Origin: Owenia fusiformis
Lineage: Eukaryota
DNA length: 64,000 nucleotides
Direction: 5' to 3'
NCBI GenBank assembly: GCA_903813345.2
Contig: CAIIXF020000001.1
Span: forward strand, 2,852,001-2,916,000
This document shows, in pieces, positions 63,181 through 64,000 of the stretch. The translations under genes and the position numbers were made by a program. The notes under the pieces are model-generated. The model saw only the letters and a program-made list of their open reading frames with translations, was not told the origin of the DNA and did no database searches. Numbering within the stretch: position 1 is the stretch's first letter; each line of letters begins with the position of its first letter.

Positions 63181-64000
63181 ATGTACTTGAATTACAACCC
63201 CCCTCCCTATCATCACAAGGCTGCTAATGAAGAACACATCATGGACCCCTACCCAAGAGTTAGGAACATCTGGGGCCCCTACCGTGACACATATGTAAGA
63301 GAGAAGATCCGTTACAGGATCTGGATGTCAGGCCTGTCTTTACAAAAATGAAAATAGGAAATGATACGCCAATATCATCATCCTAGGATCAAAGAAATAT
63401 ACTCTACCTGTTACATAATCACTGACGGTGGTTCGGGGAAGCTTGGGCACTAAGCTTTAGGGCACTAGTCTCCATGGACCCCCAAACGAGACCGCTTACT
63501 ATTTGACATAGATCGCATCGACTTGATGCGTGTTCAAGTCATACCACGGGAAGAAGCTACCTGGCTAGACATTTTTTCAAAATCATTCAGTTTTTCATCA
63601 TACTGAGCACTTTTCGGGAGTTTTAAGCCAAAAAGCTCCCCCTTGCCACAAGCTGGATACGGGCAAGAGTGATGCGGGGCGCCATCTTTAGACCCAATAT
63701 CACATTCATTGTCGAGGTCAGGACCAAGCTACTATACTCAAACTAAGCCCAAGACCCTGCTCTATATGAATCCGGAGCGTGACTAAAGGCACAAAATATA
63801 TATTCAGGTGGCCTAGCTGCTAACCATTGGTTTGATGTCCCTAAGAAATTGACTACGGTATTACTATTGACCCCAGAAACGATAGACCTTAAATCTGCCT
63901 ATAAGCAAATGTGACGAAAGCTTTATTTGTACAAATTGCAGGCCCCTCGCTTATAATCAAATTTATCGGCAGATAAGGCTATTACTTCATCAAAATTAGC

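Overview
AT-rich, intron-containing animal genomic DNA; the repeat landscape suggests a marine invertebrate, but the species cannot be determined from the window. Genes: (1) A Hippo/MST kinase (STK3/STK4 family) on the minus strand, with 11 coding exons traced from 28256 down to 6865. The SARAH-domain exons were not found and are inferred to lie left of the window. (2) LACTB2 on the plus strand, 7 exons, 28569-47720, 294 aa, head-to-head with Hippo (312 bp between the ATGs). (3) An unrecognised plus-strand gene at 368-6570, apparently nested antisense in a Hippo intron. It has a signal-peptide exon, two paralogous ~230-aa exons and a frameshift before a hydrophobic C-terminus. (4) An alpha-arrestin and an MFS transporter, each with an intronless CDS. 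Introns are packed with non-autonomous DNA transposons (hAT-, CMC-, Harbinger- and Kolobok-like, plus a foldback with ~1.55-kb arms), three Helentron-type HINE insertions, a probable solo LTR and a 5'-truncated L1/Tx1-type LINE. The most unusual structure is a 30-copy, 88-bp tandem array made of the splice acceptor plus the first 67 nt of Hippo exon 11, in the Thr-Met linker region. All splice models were read by eye and are untested.
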